Shown here piece after piece: positions 63,438-64,000 of a DNA stretch of 64,000 nucleotides; positions within the stretch are counted from its first letter, which is position 1, and every line of letters starts with the position of its first letter. The DNA lies in IMG/VR virus record IMGVR_UViG_3300025660_000004; one strand, 5' to 3'. The stretch comes from an uncultured virus (IMG/VR IMGVR_UViG_3300025660_000004). Its lineage: Duplodnaviria > Heunggongvirae > Uroviricota > Caudoviricetes. The notes under the pieces are model-generated. The model was not told where the DNA came from and searched no databases. It saw only the letters and a program-made list of their open reading frames with translations. The translations under genes were made by a program, and so were the position numbers.

Positions 63438-63751
63438 CATGTGCCGCGCTTCACCTTGCGGATGAGGCCCCGCCCGTGCAGCCCGTTGAGGGCGCTCCAG
63501 GCGCGGTTGCGGTGCTTCGGGTCATCGAACAGGGCCTCCGTGATCTCCGCAGTCGTCACCGTCTGCTCGGGAGGGAGCTGCTCGATGAGGGCGAGCACCT
63601 GGACCTGCACGGCCCCCAGCTTCTTGTCCTTCGATATGAAGCGGGGGTCGGGGCCTTCCGGCTCATCCAGGAGACCCCGGAGATCAGCGATGGCCTGGCG
63701 AACGTCCGCCTGGAAGGAGGGGCCGGACTGGATCTCGATGAGGACCCGCAT
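63410..63751 (-). CDS. winged helix-turn-helix protein
   Basis: VTTAEITEAL..AWSALNGLHGRGLIRKVKRGTW. Confidence 0.7.
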   Translation of the reverse strand: MRVLIEIQSGPSFQADVRQAIADLRGLLDEPEGPDPRFISKDKKLGAVQVQVLALIEQLPPEQTVTTAEITEALFDDPKHRNRAWSALNGLHGRGLIRKVKRGTWGSVPPTSP

Positions 63752-64000
63752 CAGTCGTCGAACAGGAAATCGAGCGGCCCGGGCTCGTCGTCTCCGTCGT
63801 CGCCATCGTCCGGCGGGGTGACCGTCTTGGCCCTGGCTGCTCGCTTCGCTGCCCTCCGTGCTTCGAGGTCTTCGTCCCGCTCGCTCACGCGGGGGTACTC
63901 AGCCCGGAGCTGGTGGTCGATGTCGATGAGGTAGTCGCGGCCGTAGTCGCCGTTCTCCAGCCCGTCGATGAGCACCTGCGGGAGTCCGTTGCCCGTCTCC
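63751..64000 (-). CDS. hypothetical protein, 5' end outside the window
   Basis: Open frame to window edge; ends LDFLFDD. Confidence 0.55.
   Translation of the reverse strand, partial: ETGNGLPQVLIDGLENGDYGRDYLIDIDHQLRAEYPRVSERDEDLEARRAAKRAARAKTVTPPDDGDDGDDEPGPLDFLFDD

Noticed and set aside
1..64000. Genome-wide TAG reassignment (alternative genetic code)
   Set aside because: Recognisable genes are uninterrupted in the standard code and many end in TAG at the expected C-terminus. By my rough count, TAG-ended genes in frame with the next gene are only slightly above the one-third expected by chance.

Overview
High-GC, gene-dense segment that reads as part of a large (jumbo-type) dsDNA phage genome. 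It has about 100 mostly short CDS on both strands and no rRNA or host housekeeping operons. Recognisable genes include NAD-dependent DNA ligase, HU, ParA, dNMP kinase, thymidylate kinase, a macrodomain, a WGR-PARP, CinA/PncC, a radical SAM enzyme, a PAPS-reductase-like protein, M23 and M15 peptidases, two sulfotransferases, a 1544-aa glycosyl/methyltransferase, an HNH endonuclease, two Pth2-like proteins and a release-factor homolog. Four unusual layers are visible in the sequence. (1) A bipartite motif GGCTCAG(A)-N14-(C/A)GTAGT occurs 36 times, always pointing into the downstream gene; it is probably a phage promoter. (2) Ten otherwise unrelated proteins share an N-terminal tag of the type MPLDPSFW(D/I)E, and three of them look like concatemers of short catalytic motifs from core phage proteins (PolA, DnaB, RecA, RNR and others). 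(3) A tightly packed tRNA-like array has members whose anticodon loop is replaced by (UUCG-capped) hairpins or by ~130-nt inserts, plus two CUA amber-suppressor tRNAs. (4) An RF1-type (PxT, GGQ) release factor can only be made through a prfB-style +1 frameshift at CUU-UGA. All family assignments come from motif recognition by eye; no database searches were run.
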